DNA of 59,133 nucleotides, filler included, from It is 6 parts of 6 records of this genome, joined end to end, with 100 filler letters (N's around TTAATTAATTAA, not from the genome) between each part and the next. Parts side by side here need not be neighbours in the genome. Positions count along the whole stretch, not along the records: positions 47,136 to 59,133 come from SRR31147125_23695; 5 more parts are not named here. One strand, 5' to 3'. Shown piece by piece: positions 58,801 to 59,133 of this stretch (position 1 is its first letter; each line of letters starts with the position of its first letter). The notes under the pieces were generated by a model. It saw only the letters and a program-made list of their open reading frames with translations, ran no database searches and was not told where the DNA came from. The position numbers and the translations under genes were made by a program.

Positions 58801-59133
58801 ATTTAGACAAATTAAGGGATTTATCACTTATTATTGAGGATAATGAACAAAGTAATGGCAGCCAAGCGAAAAGCAGTGATATTGCAATCATCGGGTTAGA
58901 TGCTAAGATAAGTAACGCTTCTAATATACATGATTTTTGGGAAGCTTTATCCAATGAACGTGATCTGATTAGGGATTTTCCTGAGCAGCGATATGATGAT
59001 GCCAATCGACTTTGTCTATTAAAAACAAATACGGCATTGGGCAAAGTGACTCAATATGGTTATTTAGAGCAAATAGATCAGTTTGATCCTAGTATTTTTG
59101 GAATTTCTAATGCTGAAGCTGAACTAATGGGAC
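58797..59133 (+). CDS. Type I polyketide synthase, N-terminal ketosynthase fragment (3' truncated)
   Basis: GTG start overlapping the AT stop after AGGAGG; DIAIIG...DFWEAL....LIRDFPEQR...GYLEQIDQFDPSIFGIS.AEAELM. Confidence 0.88.
   Translation, partial: MNLDKLRDLSLIIEDNEQSNGSQAKSSDIAIIGLDAKISNASNIHDFWEALSNERDLIRDFPEQRYDDANRLCLLKTNTALGKVTQYGYLEQIDQFDPSIFGISNAEAELMG

Noticed and set aside
1-59133. Treating neighbouring segments as one locus or as horizontal transfer (e.g. eukaryotic genes next to the NRPS)
   Set aside because: Adjacency across the N spacers is artificial
1-59133. CRISPR arrays, tRNA/rRNA genes, transposases, integrases, phage or defence genes
   Set aside because: None recognisable in any segment

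Overview
The window is not one locus. It is six unrelated metagenomic contigs joined by 100-nt N spacers that carry a TTAATTAATTAA linker (12883-12982, 19615-19714, 29702-29801, 41602-41701, 47036-47135). (1) 1-12882: tuf-S10-spc-alpha ribosomal protein cluster on the minus strand, probably deltaproteobacterial (Desulfuromonadales-like). (2) 12983-19614: low-GC Clostridia-like housekeeping genes (ftsZ end, bioY, polA, coaE, peptide-binding lipoprotein, hpf). (3) 19715-29701: Gram-negative, possibly FCB/KSB1-like; class III cyclase, PorV-like barrel-TPR fusion, NusG-II/Gx pair, cobB, TPR lipoprotein, pyrK-pyrD, rlpA, cdsA start. (4) 29802-41601: Desulfobacteraceae-like PEP-CTERM locus (ThiF, MMPL, sigma54-driven PEP-CTERM gene, AMIN+barrel protein, LolA-like protein, PrsT-like TPRs). 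(5) 41702-47035: a eukaryotic contig with short GT-AG introns, encoding NSUN2/Trm4 and a MACPF (perforin-like) protein that the ORF track only shows in fragments. (6) 47136-59133: low-GC Firmicutes hybrid NRPS/PKS cluster (A-T-E-C-A-T-E-C-A-T, FenF-like acyltransferase, KS start). Many genes carry indels that look like sequencing errors. In contig 6, conserved motifs that should contain GGNCC are corrupted and I found no intact GGNCC, which suggests a DNA-methylation footprint in the base calls. Best leads: the protist MACPF gene, the D-amino-acid NRPS-PKS cluster, the GGNCC footprint, and the ThiF-MMPL-LolA-barrel module around the PEP-CTERM gene. All lineage labels are inferences from composition and gene content.
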